A DNA stretch of 64,000 nucleotides, from IMG/VR virus record IMGVR_UViG_3300028635_000005; one strand, given 5' to 3'. The notes under the pieces were generated by a model. That model did not search any database, was not told the origin of the DNA, and was given only the letters and a program-made list of their open reading frames with translations. Below, piece by piece: positions 61,234 through 64,000 of the stretch; position 1 is the first letter of the stretch, and each line of letters starts with the position of its first letter. The translations under genes were made by a program, and so were the position numbers. The stretch comes from a virus.

Positions 61234-61620
61234 ATGATACTTCCGGGCAACTTAACTAATACTCTTCCTAAAGTTATCTATGAAGAGTTTGAAGGAACTT
61301 TAAGCATTAGTGGTCGTTCAACTTCTCCCGAGGTTGAAGAGTACTTTGAAGAATTTATCCCATACCTTAAAGATAATTTAATCAAAGATCCTATCGACAT
61401 AGTTGCTTCTTTTGATTTTGATTTTTTTAACACCAAAACATCTCGTATCATTATGAAAATTCTTTATATTCTTAAGAAACATGTCTATGATGCAGGCAAA
61501 AACTTAAAAATTTCATGGGCGTATGAAGAAGGTGATGAGGATTTATTTGAGGCCGGCAAAGATTACGAAGATATTATAAAAATCCCGTTTGAGTTTATCG
61601 AAAAACCAATGCCCGAATAA
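61234..61620 (+). CDS. siaC: SiaC-family (DUF1987) regulatory phosphoprotein
   Basis: LSISGRS.P, FDFFNTKTSR (cf. YFNTSSSK), ISWAYEEGDEDLFEAGKDY. Confidence 0.85.
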   Translation: MILPGNLTNTLPKVIYEEFEGTLSISGRSTSPEVEEYFEEFIPYLKDNLIKDPIDIVASFDFDFFNTKTSRIIMKILYILKKHVYDAGKNLKISWAYEEGDEDLFEAGKDYEDIIKIPFEFIEKPMPE

Positions 61621-61623
61621 TTT

Positions 61624-62121
61624 TTATACTGAAGGAACTTCTACTTCCATGGCAGCTTTTCCAAAGAAATTTTTATGCTTTTCTACATAATCAAAAATGT
61701 ATATAAATTTGCTGTTATTCCCAGGTTCAAATGAATCATATAGTTTGGGCGCATGTAGTTTAATACATTCTCTAAGTTTTTCAACACTTAGCCAAAGTAA
61801 CTTATTCGTATAAGAGGGATGATTCAAAATGATATATCTGGCTCTTGATTCTTCTAAAACATTTGTTTGATTATGAGAAATTATTGTATACGTTTTAGCA
61901 TATTTAACATCTATGGGTACAATAAATTTTCCCAAAAATGGAGTAGAACTATCAAAATTTAAAAAATAATCAATTTTGCCTCTTGTATCTTGTTCAAATG
62001 TTGCAGGCGTGGCATTAACAATATAGCCCTTTGACGTAAGAAATTTTAGAACTTTTTCCAATACTGAAGATTGTTGATATATGCCTCTAGCTTTAAATAC
62101 AGTGCTTCCGTATCCCACCAT
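61624..62121 (-). CDS. PD-(D/E)xK-like protein
   Basis: EQDTRGKIDY...PIDVKY. Confidence 0.55.
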   Translation of the reverse strand: MVGYGSTVFKARGIYQQSSVLEKVLKFLTSKGYIVNATPATFEQDTRGKIDYFLNFDSSTPFLGKFIVPIDVKYAKTYTIISHNQTNVLEESRARYIILNHPSYTNKLLWLSVEKLRECIKLHAPKLYDSFEPGNNSKFIYIFDYVEKHKNFFGKAAMEVEVPSV

Positions 62122-62398
62122 TACAATTACATTTTTTAGAAGTTAATGACATGTTTGCGCCCGCCAAATAAATATTGGTTAAAAACATTTGCATTCTGGG
62201 CAAAGCATGTATGTGTTTCACGGCATCCAAATAAGAAATTTTCTTTTTAAAAGACACCACTGTTTTAGGATTTTCAAGTATGTTCACGAATATAGCCTTT
62301 AATTCCTCAAGACTATATTTTGAAAAATTCATGATAATATACTCAAGTTGGGCACTAACCACGTTAAATGTCTTAGAATTTCGCGTTAAGTCTATCAT
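62093..62398 (-). CDS. Hypothetical protein
   Basis: 101-aa ORF. Confidence 0.6.
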   Translation of the reverse strand: MIDLTRNSKTFNVVSAQLEYIIMNFSKYSLEELKAIFVNILENPKTVVSFKKKISYLDAVKHIHALPRMQMFLTNIYLAGANMSLTSKKCNCNGGIRKHCI

Positions 62399-62400
62399 CT

Positions 62401-63054
62401 TTATTCGTTATCTATAATTTTCTTGATATTTGCCAATGCCTGCTCAATATCATTATAAACATTGATAAGATTGTTCTTAAGTTCTTCAGATTCCTCCTTA
62501 CGTTCAAATGCTTCCCCAACAGACCCAAGATGATTACATTCTTTTCCGCAATTGAATGCTTCTTTAATAGCCGTATATATTGAATATACAAGTTCTTCGT
62601 CTTCAAGTTCTTTAGTATATTTTTCAAAAAATTCTTTAAAAGAAATCAATTCACCAGTTTCATGGAATGATTCACTTCTAAATTCAAAAAATAATTGTGG
62701 AATAGCTGATAATTTGCAAGGAACTTTCCAATCATTTTTCTTATAAACTATTTGTTTTAAGTCATCAATTCTTCCCATAACTTTATCTACAATAGCATCC
62801 ATAGACATGTCGAAAATTTCGTCTCTTAGCATCCACGTATATTTAGGATGTTTAAAATTGTCTAGAGAACGACGCTCAAACATTACATCTTTTATTGCAC
62901 GGATTTCTATTTTATTCCAATACTGCGGAATAATAGTCGTAATCGGATCTCCAAACTTATATTTTGTTGAATATAATTTATGAATACGTCGCCACTGATG
63001 TTTAAGATCTTCACGATAATTGTCTCTCAGTTCTTTCTGTTTCTTGTAGTTCAT
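62401..63054 (-). CDS. Hypothetical protein
   Basis: 217-aa ORF. Confidence 0.65.
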   Translation of the reverse strand: MNYKKQKELRDNYREDLKHQWRRIHKLYSTKYKFGDPITTIIPQYWNKIEIRAIKDVMFERRSLDNFKHPKYTWMLRDEIFDMSMDAIVDKVMGRIDDLKQIVYKKNDWKVPCKLSAIPQLFFEFRSESFHETGELISFKEFFEKYTKELEDEELVYSIYTAIKEAFNCGKECNHLGSVGEAFERKEESEELKNNLINVYNDIEQALANIKKIIDNE

Positions 63055-63268
63055 AATGCGTATTTTTAAATATTTTCATAAGCATGTTTACTGCACAAGA
63101 TAAGCAAAATACGTTAACGCCTATACCAAACCATTCTTTTAACGAAAGGTTTTGCTTAAGAATTTTGCCACATTTGCGACATATGATAGCGCCACGCCCT
63201 TTGTTAAATCTTATCTTTGGACGTAAGCGTTTTCTTAATTCGGGCAAATATCTAAATCGGCGATACAT
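63011..63268 (-). CDS. Small Zn-finger protein
   Basis: KFNKGRGAIICRKCGKIL...FCLSC. Confidence 0.6.
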   Translation of the reverse strand: MYRRFRYLPELRKRLRPKIRFNKGRGAIICRKCGKILKQNLSLKEWFGIGVNVFCLSCAVNMLMKIFKNTHYELQETERTERQLS

Positions 63269-63274
63269 AGTATT

Positions 63275-63736
63275 TCAAAATCCTTTAGATGATTCAGGTT
63301 CTTTAATTATATGTTGTTTTTTTAATGCATCTATAGCAATATTAAGTATCTCGTTGAAAACGTTGTCATTTATTTCCATACTTCTTTGTAGATTATCTTC
63401 CCAAATTGTTTCCTCAAATCCAATTGCATAAGGTGTATCATCTATTATTGTAATTCCTATTCCCTGAGGAATATTTGCATCACGAAATCCTGTTACTTTG
63501 TAGTACACGTGTATTGTATCAGAATCGTATCTTATGAAACATTTATTAATGTATTTTTGACGAAAATCAATATCATTAAGCGCGTCAATTTTTTCAATTG
63601 CTCTACGATATATAAGATATTCATTATACACCTGATCCATCACTTCACGAATTTCAGCACGTTTTTTATTTAGGTCTTCAAGTGAAGCATTCCAGTTAAT
63701 TTCAAGGTTTCCTATTTTTTCAATATTTTTTTTCAT
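63275..63736 (-). CDS. Hypothetical protein
   Basis: 153-aa ORF. Confidence 0.65.
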   Translation of the reverse strand: MKKNIEKIGNLEINWNASLEDLNKKRAEIREVMDQVYNEYLIYRRAIEKIDALNDIDFRQKYINKCFIRYDSDTIHVYYKVTGFRDANIPQGIGITIIDDTPYAIGFEETIWEDNLQRSMEINDNVFNEILNIAIDALKKQHIIKEPESSKGF

Positions 63737-63854
63737 AACAGTATAAATTTTCGCTAAATAACTTTACCCTTGAATTATATGTACTATTTTTAATTTGTTT
63801 TGCACGAGATGCAATAAAATAAGCTTCTTTTCTATCAATAAATCGGTTACTTAT
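63720..63854 (-). pseudogene. Startless remnant of a common phage hypothetical gene
   Basis: ISNRFIDRKEAYFIASRAKQI..LFSENLY with an in-frame TGA immediately upstream. Confidence 0.35.
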
Positions 63855-63999
63855 TCATATCATACGTTCTTGACTTCACTTTAAATGAAAGACGATTATA
63901 ATCAGAACGTGTTATTCGAGCTTTTCCTGGGATTACATCCTTTGCGACAAAAACAAATCCTTCAATAAGCTGTTTAGGGTTATTCCCAAAAACAGTTGT
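63847..63999 (-). CDS. 3' end of a gene entering from beyond the window
   Basis: Open frame TTVFGNNPKQLIEGF...TYDMNK*. Confidence 0.5.
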   Translation of the reverse strand, partial: TTVFGNNPKQLIEGFVFVAKDVIPGKARITRSDYNRLSFKVKSRTYDMNK

Positions 64000-64000
64000 A

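Noticed and set aside
1-64000. Stop-codon reassignment (code 15 or 4)
   Set aside because: Conserved genes (portal, gp41, gp46/47, topoisomerases) are intact under code 11, and TAG/TGA close ORFs at plausible ends (1292, 37170, 2080).

Overview
AT-rich segment of a large T4-like (Tevenvirinae-style core, probably jumbo) myophage genome. Almost all genes are on the minus strand. Morphogenesis genes: portal gp20, gp2, gp4 and a gp15-like protein. Replication/recombination genes: gp41 helicase, gp46/47, UvsX with a mini-intein, the C-terminal half of a split gp43 polymerase with a mini-intein, gp45 clamp, two topoisomerase II subunits and a DinG helicase. Nucleotide genes: thyA, tmk, a NUDIX hydrolase and an NDT-like protein. 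Transcription genes: an ECF-type sigma and a short gp55-like sigma. A Bacteroidota host is inferred from TAnnTTTG-type promoters, the absence of Shine-Dalgarno sequences, BspA-LRR, FN3 and SiaC genes, and a tmRNA tag starting GE. Highlights: (1) a circularly permuted, two-piece, very compact tmRNA gene; (2) a 1126-aa late polyprotein of three repeated ~200-aa domains plus a nuclease-like domain, each preceded by an identical YPRLFE motif resembling T4 capsid-targeting/prohead-protease sites, with related leaders on about 9 other late proteins; (3) three readable promoter classes suggesting a host-sigma, phage-ECF-sigma, gp55 cascade; (4) a restriction-modification-like locus in which two paralogous MTase-TRD genes with degenerate SAM-binding motifs flank a GIY-YIG helicase, next to a stand-alone SAM-binding half-MTase; (5) a phage-borne SiaC. 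All family calls come from motif recognition by eye; no database search was run.
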